Shown: positions 37,237 to 48,768 of the stretch, in pieces
Layout: each line of letters begins with the position of its first letter
Numbering within the stretch: position 1 is the first letter of the stretch
Assembly (NCBI RefSeq): GCF_006345805.1
Contig: NC_043000.1
Span: forward strand, 1,488,001-1,552,000
From: Octopus sinensis
Taxonomy: Eukaryota
DNA: 64,000 bases
Direction: 5' to 3'
Made by a program: the position numbers and the translations under genes
Notes under the pieces: generated by a model
The model's input: the letters and a program-made list of their open reading frames with translations, nothing else
Told to the model about the DNA's origin: nothing
The model's database searches: none

Positions 37237-38020
37237 ATCAGTAAGCATATGTAGATGATAAATGATTTAATCTATGAGGTTTGTCAGTTTATAAAATTCA
37301 AACAATTTCTGGGAATTGAAACCGTGATCTTCCGACCACAAGTCTGCTGCCCTAACCGCTGGGCCATTGCACCTCCACATCAGTAAGCATATGTGTAGAT
37401 GATAAATGATTTAATCTATGAGGTTTGTCAGTTTATAAAATTCAAACAATTTCTGGGAATTGAAACCGTGATCTTCCGACCACAAGTCTGCTGCCTTAAC
37501 CGCTGGGCCATTGCACCTCCACATCAGTAAGCATATGTGTAGATGATAAATGATTTAATCTATGAGGTTTGTCAGTTTATAAAATTCAAACAATTTCTGG
37601 GAATTGAAACCGTGATCTTCCGACCACAAGTCTGCTGCCCTAACCGCTGGGCCATTGCACCTCCACATCAGTAAGCATATGTGTAGATGATAAATGATTT
37701 AATCTATGAGGTTTGTCAGTTTATAAAATTCAAACAATTTCTGGGAATTGAAACCGTGATCTTCCGACCACAAGTCTGCTGCCCTAACCGCTGGGCCATT
37801 GCACCTCCACATCAGTAAGCATATGTGTAGATGATAAATGATTTGATCTATGAGGTTTGTCAGTTTATAAAATTCAAACAATTTCTGGGAATTGAAACCG
37901 TGATCTTCCGACCACAAGTCTGCTGCCCTAACCGCTGGGCCATTGCACCTCCACATCAGTAAGCATATGTAGATGATAAATGATTTAATCTATGAGGTTT
38001 GTCAGTTTATAAAATTCAAA
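37169..38020 (-). repeat. six tandem ~144-bp units = SINE C head + flank
   Basis: gggaattgaaacc at 37169, 37311, 37455, 37599, 37743, 37887. Confidence 0.95.
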
Positions 38021-38375
38021 AAATTTCAGACACAGAAGAGATCCAATTTCATGAATAGACAGAAACTGAAACAGCACCCAAATTTCCCTCAAATCACAAC
38101 CTGCCATCTAAAAAACAGGAAACAGATGAGATAATCTTTGTCCTAAATACACTCTGCTAAAAAACATGGTGAAGACGTCAGAGCAGTGACATATATACGA
38201 AATTATCATTGGGCTATATAACAACAACAAGAGCAACAACAACAATTAATACAACAGAACACCATTGATACTTGAAGGGAAGTATTTTGATACTTAAAGT
38301 AAAGAATACAGATCATCACTAGTTCTAGTTCTGGTCATAAATATTTAGTTGTCCAATTAAATGTATTACTAACCC

Positions 38376-38399
<24 letters not shown>

Positions 38400-38406
<7 letters not shown>

Positions 38407-38447
38407 TAGATAGATAGACAGATAGATAGATAAATAGATAGATAGAT

Positions 38448-38515
<68 letters not shown>

Positions 38516-38546
38516 GAATAGATGGATAGATGGATAGATAAATAGA

Positions 38547-38585
<39 letters not shown>

Positions 38586-38617
38586 GCAGGCAGACAGATA
38601 TATAGATAGATAGATAT

Positions 38618-38651
<34 letters not shown>

Positions 38652-38671
38652 GGATAGATAGATAGATAGAC

Positions 38672-38717
<46 letters not shown>

Positions 38718-38817
38718 ATAGATAGACAGATAGATAGACAGATAGATAGATAGATAGATAGATAGATATATAGATAGATAGACAGACAGACAGACAGGCA
38801 GACAGACAGACAGATAT

Positions 38818-38902
<85 letters not shown>

Positions 38903-38915
38903 TAGACAGACAGAT

Positions 38916-39002
<87 letters not shown>

Positions 39003-39090
39003 GGGATAGGTAGATCGTGGAATATGCAGGTAGATAGATAGAGAAAGAAAGAGAGAGAGAGAGAGACTGACAGACAGACAGACAGAGCTG
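38400..39090. repeat. (GATA)n/(GACA)n compound microsatellite
   Basis: Direct. Confidence 0.97.
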
Positions 39091-39268
39091 TAGGAATGGG
39101 TTGGTTTAATGACTGCGTGGGTGGCGCCACAACCAATGACGATAGTACTTAGTACATCACACAAGATGTTCTGGTTTGATAAGATAAAGTGTACACAACT
39201 AAATGAGTGGGTGCTTCACACCACCCTTACTGAGATCACACAAACACACACACACACACAAACACATG

Positions 39269-39332
<64 letters not shown>

Positions 39333-39345
39333 GTTATGTATGTAT

Positions 39346-39763
39346 ACTCTTTTACTCTTTTACTCTTTTACTTGTTTCAGTCATTTGACTGCGGCCATGC
39401 TGGAGCACCGCCTTTTAATCGAGCAAATCGACCCCGGGACTTATTCTTTTGTAAGCCCAGTACTTATTCTATCGGTCTCTTTTGCCGAACCGCTAAGTAA
39501 TGGGGACATAAACACACCACCATCGATTGTCAAGCAATGCTAGGGGGACAAACACATACACACAAACACACACATACATATACATATATATACATATATA
39601 TGACGGGCTTCTTTCAGTTTCTGTCTACCAAATCCACTCACAAGGCTATGGTCAGCCCGAGGTTATAGTAGAAGACACTTGCCCAAGGTGCCACGCAGTG
39701 GGACTGAACCCGGAACCATGTGGTTGGTAAACAAGCTACTTACCACACAGCCACTCCTGCGCC
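39346..39763 (-). mobile_element. SINE family A
   Basis: Family match. Confidence 0.88.
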
Positions 39764-40040
39764 TATGTGTGCATTTTTGTATCACCCCCACACACAACTG
39801 CAGCTGCATGTGTGAAAGCCTGTGGAGTTTGTTATTTCTTAATAAGTTAATCAAAAGAGGAGGGTCACTGACCTTGACCTTTGTCCTGCTTTTGACCTCA
39901 GCAGTGTTGAGATCAACGTCATTGATGATCAGTGTGAATGTTTGTAGATCAATATCAGAAATTCCAAATGGCTACACACACACACAAACATACATATATA
40001 CATACACACATACACACACATACACACACGCACACATGCA

Positions 40041-40071
<31 letters not shown>

Positions 40072-40315
40072 GCACACACACACACACACACATACACACA
40101 CACACACATACACATGTGAACATGTGTGTGTGTGTATCGCTAGCCACTACACATTCTATATTTTCTCTCCTTGTTTCTTTCTGTGTTCCTTCCTGTGGAA
40201 GAGCATAGGCTCGAAACATTAAAGACTTTTTCACTTCCCGAGCGTTATACTAATACATCTGTTTGTTGTCTACACCACCTGTCTTTGTCTTTTGTTTTTT
40301 TGTGAATTCTCCCCC

Positions 40316-40372
<57 letters not shown>

Positions 40373-40374
<2 letters not shown>

Positions 40375-42690
40375 CTGGTGTAGCAGCATAATAGTCAACT
40401 GCTACAAAGGTAAAGGTGATGCCCTAGATACAAATAATTACAGAGGTATCAAGCTGTTGGATCAGGTGATGAAGGTTACAGAGAGGGTCATAAGCCAACT
40501 AATTAGAGAGAGAGTTAGTTTAGATGAGATGCAGTTTGGTTTCGTGCCAGGGAAAAGTACCACTGATGCTATATTCCTGGTAAGGCAGCTGCAGGAGAAA
40601 TACCTAGCCAAAGATAAGGCCCTGTACCTGGCTTTTGTTGATATGGAGAAAGCCTTCGACAGGGTCCCCCGATCCCTCATATGGTGGTCAATGAGAAAAC
40701 TAGGAATAGAAGAATGGTTAGTGAGAGCTGTGCAAGCCATGTACAGGGACGCTGCTAGTAAGGTGAGGGTTGGAAATGAGTACAGTGAAGAATTCCGGGT
40801 AGAGGTAGGGGTCCACCAAGGCTCAGTCCTCAGCCCCCTCTATTTATCATAGTCCTCCAGGCAATAACGGAGGAATTCAAGACAGGATGCCCCTGGGAGC
40901 TCCTCTATGCTGATGACCTTGCTCTAATTGCTGAGTCATTATCAGAACTGGAGAAGAAGTTTCAGGTGTGGAAGCATGGTTTAGAATCGAAGGGCCTTAG
41001 AGTCAACCTAGCTAAAACCAAAGTCGTAATAAGTAGGAAGGTAGGACAAATCACAAACGCCTTCAGGTAGATGGCCCTGCTCGATCTGTAGAAAAGGTGT
41101 AGGTAGAAACTCTATAAGATGCACCAAGTGTAAGCTATGGACACATAAGAGGTGCAGCAATGTCATAGGAAGGCTAACTAGGAAGATGGTTTTTGTATGT
41201 GGCAGATGCTCGGGAGCATTAACCTCTGAAAATCTGCAGAAAACAACTTCCGTCACTTTCCAGGGGAAAAAATAGAAGTAGTTGATAGCTTCCGTTATCT
41301 TGGTGACCAAGTCAGTAGTGGGGGTGGGTGTGCTGAAAGTGTAACGGCTAGAGTAACAATAGCCTGGGCAAAGTTTAGGGAGCTCTTACCTCTGTTGGTG
41401 ACTAAAGGCCTCTCGCTCAGAGTAAAAGGCAGACTGTATGATGCATGTGTACGAACAGCCATGCTACATGGCAGTGAAACATGGGCCGTGACTGCTGAGG
41501 ACATGCGTAAGCTCGCGAGAAATGAAGCTAGTATGCTCCGTTGGATGTGTAATGTCAGTGTTCATAGTCGACAGAGTGTAAGTACCTTGAGAGAAAAGTT
41601 GGACCTAAGAGGAATCAGATGTTGTGTGCAAGAGAGACGATTGCGCTGGTATGGTCATGTGGTGAGAATGGATGAAGATAGGTGTGTGAAAAAGTGCCAC
41701 ACCCTGGCAGTTGAGGGTACCTGTGGAAAAGGTAGACCCAGGTAAACCTGGGTCGAGGTGGTGAAGCACGACCTTCGAACTCTAGGTCTTACCAAGGAAA
41801 TGACCAGAGACCGAGACCTATGGAAGTATGCTGTGCGTGAGAAGACCCGGCAAAACCAGTGAGAACAATCAAAATCAAATCATATATCAGAAAGCAGGGG
41901 TTAAGTGACCCATCTGTTCGTGTCCGCTGTCAGCCTCGTCTGGCACCCGTGCCGGTGATACGTAAAAGCACCATTCGCTCATGGCCGTTTGCCAGCTCTG
42001 CCTGGCCCCGTGTCGGTGGCACGTAAAAGCACCATCCGTTCGTGTTCGTTGCCAGCCTCGCCTGGCCCCGTGCCGGTGACACGTAAAAGCACCGTCCGTT
42101 CGTGGCCGTTGGCCAGCTCTGCCTGGCCCCGTGTCGGTGGCACGTAAAAGCACCATCCGTCCGTGTCCGTTGCCAGCCTTGGCTGGCCCCCGTGCCGGTG
42201 ACACGTAAAAGCACCGTCCGCTCGTGGCTGTTTGCCAGCTCTGTCTGGCAACCGTGTCGGTGGCACGTAAAAGCACCATCCGTTCGCGTCCGTTGCCAGC
42301 CTCGGCTGGCCCCCGTGCCGGTGACACGTAAAAGCACCGTCCGTTCGTGGCCGGTTGCCAGCTCTGTCTGGCCCCGTGTCGGTGGCACGTAAAAGCACCA
42401 TCCGTTCGTATCCGTTGCCAGCATTGCCTGGCCCCGTGCCAGTGACACGTAAAAGCACCATCCGTTCGTGGCCGTTCGCCAGCTCTGTCTGGCACCTGTG
42501 CAGGTGGCACGTAAAAAACACCCACTACACTCGCGGAGTGGTTGGCGTTAGGAAGGGCATCCAGCCGTAGAAACACTGCCAGATCTGACTGGGCCTGACG
42601 AAGCCTTCCAGCTTCACAGACCCCAGTTGACCCGTCCAACCCATGCTAGCATGGAAAACGGACGCTAAACGATGATGATGATGATGATGA
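40373..42690 (+). mobile_element. 5'-truncated RTE-clade LINE; RT pseudogene (3 frameshifts, 1 nonsense) + 3' UTR + (GAT)n, inserted in (TA)n
   Basis: YRGIKLL, QFGFVPGKSTTDAIF, FVDMEKAFDRV, GVHQGSVLSP, LLYADDL, FRYLGD, RLRWYGHVVRM, GRPR motifs; natural stop 41860-41862. Confidence 0.95.
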
Positions 42691-42868
42691 TATATATATA
42701 TATAATATTAGGGAATAAATCCAAACTTACAGGGGAAAATCAGATTTAGGATTGAATCCAATTTTATAGTAAAATATTATATTATATTAAATAATCTTAT
42801 GTATTGGCTTAAGTTTTTCATTGTATGATTTGCCTAATAGTGGTTTTATCTCTAATTTAATATAATAT

Positions 42869-42943
<75 letters not shown>

Positions 42944-43189
42944 TACAAGATATATCTCATAGCTGTCCAAGGATGTACCAGTAATGATATTCCTGGATTC
43001 CTGGTGGGGTATCAGAGTGTGTCCCAGGTCTTTCAGACATCAGAACCCCTTGCTCAGTTGAGCCAGCAATGACTGATTAAATCTCAGCTTGCATCCAAGC
43101 TACATCCAGCCATAGCTCTTCTCTCCTTATCTAAAACCACCTAAATGTTTTCTGAGTGGCTTCCTTGATGGAACACATACCTATTTCTT

Positions 43190-43405
43190 TACTACCCACA
43201 AGGGGCTAAACACAGAGAAGATAGACAAACAGATTAAGTCTATTACATCAACCCCAGTGCGTAACTGGTACTTAATTTATCAACCCCGAAAGGATGAAAG
43301 GCAAAGTTGACCTCGGCGGAAATTGAACTCAGAACATAACGGCAGACGAAATACGGCTACACATTTCGCCTGGCGCGCTAACATTTCTGCCAGCTCACCG
43401 CCTTG
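43190..43405 (-). mobile_element. SINE family B
   Basis: Family match. Confidence 0.85.
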
Positions 43406-43614
43406 AACACATACCTGCTGCATCTTTACTGTACAGTAACTCTGATCGGAAAGGACTTCATAGACTGATCATACTACAGTAACCTACTGTATTTTCCAGC
43501 ATACATGTTGAATTTTTCTGACCAAAATTTACAGTCAAAAAAAGGTAAGTTAACTTATATGAAATGACTCTGGAAGACCAAAAATTCCACATAAACTACA
43601 GCAGAATTTGGAAA

Positions 43615-43930
43615 GGTAGTGAACATTGACGATGAAGATGATACATGCATCATCAAGGGAAGCTCAGCATTCAGACAACTACATGAATCTGTGTAACTGG
43701 AGAGGCATTAGCCTGGCCTGGCCACCAAGCTGAAGGTGTACCAAGCATTTGTACTGTCTATGTTACAGTAAACTTGCGAGACTTGGACAGTTTACGAAAG
43801 CCATGCCAAAAAGCTAAACCACTTCCGCATGAACTGCCTGAGAAAGCTGCCGAAAGTCACCTGACAAGACAAAGTCCCAGACACATGAAGTCCTCTCTTG
43901 AGCTGATCTGCCAAGCATGTTCACACTACA
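43615..43930 (+). mobile_element. decayed BovB-like RTE RT fragment
   Basis: SSAFRQL...RGISL...TKLKVYQA...CETWTVYESHAKKLNHF...CLRKL...QDKVPDT. Confidence 0.65.
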
Positions 43931-43939
43931 TGTTTACAC

Positions 43940-44370
43940 AGGCGCAGGAGTGGCTGTGTGGTAAGTAGCTTGCTAACCAACCACATGGTTCCGGGTTCAG
44001 TCCCACTGCGTGGCACCTTGGGCAAGTGTCTTTCTACTATAGCACCGGGCCAACCAATGCCTTGTGAGTGGATTTGGTAGACGGAAACTGAAAGAAGCCT
44101 GTCGTATATATGTATATGTATATATATATGTGTGTGTGTGTGGGTTTGTGTGTCTGTGTTTGTCCCCCTAGCATTGCTTGACAACCGATGCTGGTGTGTT
44201 TATGTCCCCGTCACTTAGCGGTTCGGCAAAAGAGACCGATAGAGTAAGTACTGGGCTTACAAAGAATAAGTCCCGGGGTCGATTTGCTCGACTAAAGGCG
44301 GTGCTCCAGCATGGCCGCAGTCAAATGACTGAAACAAGTAAAAGAGTAAAAGAGTAAAAGAGTAAGAGAG
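43940..44370 (+). mobile_element. SINE family A
   Basis: Family match. Confidence 0.9.
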
Positions 44371-44759
44371 TAATGTATTACATAGACTTGTAAGCCAGAA
44401 AATAAGGTACTTCAACTGGCATGCCCACCACCCTTGATTTCTAAACTACTTGCTTTACCGGCATTTCATATTTGGCAATATTTTTCTCATGAGCCTCCTC
44501 CATGTGTTCTTCCCAGGCCACTGTCAATTCCCACATGATTATCTGCTTAGTGATGTGGTGGTTGGGGGAGTGTGTGTGTGTGGGGGGGGGGGTGTACGTG
44601 CATGTATGTATATATATATGCACGTGAAAAATATGGGTGTATAGTTAAGAGCAACCACAAGAGAGGAAATAGCTTTTTCAAAGAGCTAAACAGGAAAATA
44701 GAATTAAGTAGTTTCCAATGGCAACTGTAATTAGCAGTAGAAGGCCAGAGTATAATGAC

Positions 44760-44932
44760 AGTAACGATGAAGATAGAATTGGTGGTGATGGTGATTGTAG
44801 TGCTGCTGTTGCTGTTGTTGTTGTAATGTTTGTGGCGGTAGTGGCGGTGATGGTGTTGTTGTTGTTGGTGGTGGGGTGGTGGTGGTGGTGGTAGTGGTTG
44901 TGGTGGTGGTGGTGGTAGAGGGGGCAGTGGTG

Positions 44933-44968
<36 letters not shown>

Positions 44969-45118
44969 TGTTACTGTTGCACTGTTGTTGGTGGTGATGG
45001 TGTTGTTTGTTGTTGTTGTGGTGGTGGTGGTGGTGGTAGAGGGGGCAGTGGTGTTGTTGTTGTTGCTGCTGCTGCTGCTGCTGTTGTTACTGTTGCACTG
45101 TTGTTGGTGGTGATGGTG

Positions 45119-45150
<32 letters not shown>

Positions 45151-45366
45151 GGTGGTGGTGGTGGTGGTAGCAGTGGTGTTGTTGTTGCTGCTATGTTGTT
45201 ATTGTTACACTGTTGGTGGTAATGGTATTGTTGTTGCTGATGGTGGTATTGGCGGTGGTGGTGGTGGTAGTGGTGATGGTGGTGGTGGTGGTGGTGGTGG
45301 TGGAAGCAGCAGTGGTGTTGTTGTTGTTGTTGCACTGTTGGTGGTGATAGTGTTGTTGTTATTGTT

Positions 45367-45450
<84 letters not shown>

Positions 45451-45490
45451 GGTGGTAGTGTTGAAAGTTATGATAGTGGTAACGTTGGCA
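44760..45490. repeat. (GGT/GTT/GCT)n compound repeat with duplicated sub-blocks
   Basis: Direct. Confidence 0.92.
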
Positions 45491-45536
45491 ATGGGTATAG
45501 GAATGGTGTTTAGCAGGGGTTAAAGTGACGCTGATA

Positions 45537-45757
45537 CGAAGGGGTGCTGAAAACTTCCTGGCTTCGGGTAAAAGAAAATGCAGAGGGGGGATCAGTTAAT
45601 TATGATTTTATTCAACAAATTCCCCTCTCAGATGCCCCTTACTTCTTGCAGCTGACCTTCAGTTCTTCTAAACCCTGTAAAAGAACTTGGAAGATTGGGC
45701 TTCCAGCCAGGCCTTTCGCGAAACCTTTAAAACCAGGAACTTTTCGGCACACCCTAG
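45537..45757. mobile_element. mariner-type MITE (second copy 47069-47272)
   Basis: TA flanks; TIR cgaaggggtgctgaaaacttcctgg / ccaggaacttttcggcacaccctag. Confidence 0.82.
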
Positions 45758-45767
45758 TATCATTGTA

Positions 45768-46152
45768 TAGGCGCAGGAGTGGCTGTGTGGTAAGTAGCTT
45801 GCTAACCAACCGCATGGTTCCGGGTTCAGTCCCACTGCGTGGCACCTTGGGCAGGTGTCTTCTACTATAGCCCCGGGCCGACCAAAGCCTTGTGAATGGA
45901 TTTGGTAGACGGAAACTGAAAGAAGCCCGTCGTATATATGTATGTATATATATATGTGTGCGTGTGTGTGTGTTTGTGAGTCTGTGTTTGTCCCCCTAGC
46001 ATTGCTTGACAACCGATGGTGGTGTGTTTATGTCCCCGTCACTTAGCGGTTCGGCAAAAGAGACCGATAGAATAAGTACTGGGCTTACAAAAGAATAAGT
46101 CCCGGGGTCGAGTTGCTCGATTAAAGGCGGTGCTCCAGCATGGCTGCAGTCA
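45768..46152 (+). mobile_element. SINE family A
   Basis: Family match. Confidence 0.9.
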
Positions 46153-46189
46153 ATTTTTTCATTGTGGAGCCATTTTTTTCTTAGGTAAG

Positions 46190-46710
46190 ACCCGGCAGGA
46201 CAAGTGAGTCCATAACCCGTGGTCTTCTACATGGGATGGAGCCAGCCTACGTATGCATACCTTCCCTTCTTGGAACACAAAACTCTACTTGTGAAGACCT
46301 GTTGAGGCAAGTGAGGATCAGAATCGAAATTGATCAATGGAAATTGCAGATGTGTTACCAGTGCCGGTGGCATGTAAGAGAACCTTCTGTTTCGCGACCG
46401 TTGCCAGCACCGCCCCGTTTCGTGTCCGTTGCCAGCCTCGCCTGGTCCTCGTGCCGGTGGCACATAAAAAGCACCATCCGTTCGTGGCTGTTTGCCAGCT
46501 CTGTCTGGCACCTGTGCGGGTGGCACGTAAAAAGCACCCACTACACTCACGGAGTGGTTGGCGTTAGGAAGGGCATCCAGCTGTAGAAACACTGCCATTT
46601 CAGACTGGGCCTGATGAAGCCTTCTGGCTTCACAGACCCCAGTAGAACCGTCCAACCCATGCTAGCATGGAAAACGGACGCTAAACGATGATGATGATGA
46701 TGATGATGAT
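46190..46710 (+). mobile_element. RTE LINE 3' end
   Basis: KTRQDK-stop, then UTR and (GAT)n. Confidence 0.87.
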
Positions 46711-47599
46711 GTAAATAGGATTAAAGTAGTTGTACAGCAGTGTTTAGAAATTAGTTCTAGGATGTAAGCATGATGTCATCTACATATGAATCTATCTGTA
46801 GTGATTGTGGTATGATGGTGTAAATTTATAGTTTTAAAAAGCGTAGGAGAAAGGATGGGCCCCTCTTGTACTCCATTTGGGTAACAACTGGTTTCTGGAA
46901 GTTTTGTTCTTATACATTATATAGGCTTGGCAGCCAGACAAGTTACAGGTTAGCCAACAAATCATCTTGTTGCTTAAGGTGCTATTGAGTACATTTTGTA
47001 TGAGTGGGTTAGTGAATGAGGTCAGATGTTCATGACATAATATACATATATATATATATATATATATACAAGGGGGTGGCTTTGGGTAAAAGAAAACGCA
47101 AGAGAATAAGTTAATTATGATTTTATTCAACATGCCCCTTCTCTCAGATTCACACACTTACTGTAGTGGTCCTTCCATTTTTCTAAGCCCTGTAAAAGAA
47201 CTCAGAAGGTTGGGCCTCCAACCAAGCTTTTCATGGTACCCTTAAAGCCAGAAACATTTCCGCACCCCTTTGTATATATGAGTGTGTGTCTGTGTATGCG
47301 TGTGAAAGCATGTGGTCTAGTGATTGGGGTATTGAACTCGCGATCACAAGATTGTGGTTTCAATTCCCAGTCCAGTGGTGCATTGTATTGCTGAGCAAAA
47401 AACTTCATTTCATGTTACCCCAGTCCACTCCGCTGTAAATGGGTAACCCTGTGGCAGGCAGGTGTTCTGTTTTTGGGGAATGTTGAATTCCCCACCTAGC
47501 CAACAAAGAGGCATCGTCTGAAAGCAACAACAGTGCAAGGAAGCATATTGTGACCAGTGGTGTATAACAATATCAGATAATCTATTCAGTACAGTAATA

Positions 47600-47835
47600 C
47601 TTATTTCTTTATTACCCACAAGGGGCTAAACATAGAGGGGACAAACAAGGACAGACATAGGTATTAAGTCAATTACATTGACCCCAGTGTGTAACTGGTA
47701 CTTAATTGATCGACCCTGAAAGGATGAAAGGCAAAGTCGACCTCGGCGGAATTTGAACTCACAACATAACGGCAGACAAAATACCGCTAAGAATTTCGCC
47801 CAGCATGCTAACGTTTCTGCCAGCTCGCCGCCTTA
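47600..47835 (-). mobile_element. SINE family B
   Basis: Family match. Confidence 0.85.
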
Positions 47836-48197
47836 TCCGGTACAGTAATACTGTCCTGGCACTCGGTTAGTTATGATGACAAGGGTTCCAGCAGATCCAA
47901 TCGATAGAACGGTCTGCTCATGAAGTTAACATGCAAGTAATTGAGCACTCAAAAACATGTGTACCTTTTAACCTATTTCTCAGGAAGATTCAGTGTGACA
48001 CAGGATGTGACAAGGCTGGCCCATTTAATTACAGGTGCTACTCATTTTTGTCAGCAGAGTGGACAGGTGCCACATAAAATAAAGTGTCTTGCTCAAAGAC
48101 ACAACATGCCAGCAGGTATTGAACTCATAACCTTATGATCATGAGCCAAATACCCTAACCAGTAAACCACATGATGCCTTCACATATATATATATAT

Positions 48198-48405
48198 TTA
48201 CTCTTTTACTTGTTTGTTTCAGTCAGTTGACTGCGGCCATGCTGGAGCACCACCTTTAGTCGAACAAATCAACCCCGGGACTTATTCTTTGTAAGCCCAG
48301 TACTTATTCTATCATTCTCTTTTGCCGAACCGCTAAGTGACGAGGACGTAAACACACCAGCATCGGTTGTCAAGCAATGCTAGGGGGACAAACGCAAACA
48401 CACAA

Positions 48406-48440
<35 letters not shown>

Positions 48441-48612
48441 CATATTTGCAACGGGCTTCTTTCAGTTTCCGTCTACCAAACCCACTCACAAGGCTTTGGT
48501 CGGCCCGAGGCTATAGTAGAAGACACTTGCCCAAGATGCCACACAGTGGGACTGAACCCGGAACCATGTGGTTGGTTAGCAAGCTACTTACCACACAGCC
48601 ACTTCTGCGCCT
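48198..48612 (-). mobile_element. SINE family A
   Basis: Family match. Confidence 0.9.
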
Positions 48613-48737
48613 ATTCATCATTTGCGGTTGTTCATCATTTTTTCAGTTTGCAGAGAAATGGCTAAAGTTTTACCTGTTTGTAATTATACCATTATGTTCC
48701 ATATATATGTTTGTCTGTATGTGTGTGCATGCGTGTG

Positions 48738-48768
<31 letters not shown>

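Noticed and set aside
37169-38020. CRISPR-like or true tRNA gene array
   Set aside because: No unique spacers, eukaryotic context; the heads are SINE-derived and lack a complete acceptor stem.
38335-39164. 200-255-aa LSIY/LSVC ORFs
   Set aside because: Translation of (GATA/GACA)n.
41887-42639. 250-aa repetitive minus-strand ORF (and similar ones at 931-1508, 9922-10273)
   Set aside because: Stop-free 60-bp tandem units of the LINE UTR; the frame is not conserved between copies.
44876-45523. 215-aa Val/Leu/Gly ORF, possible membrane protein
   Set aside because: Compound trinucleotide microsatellite.
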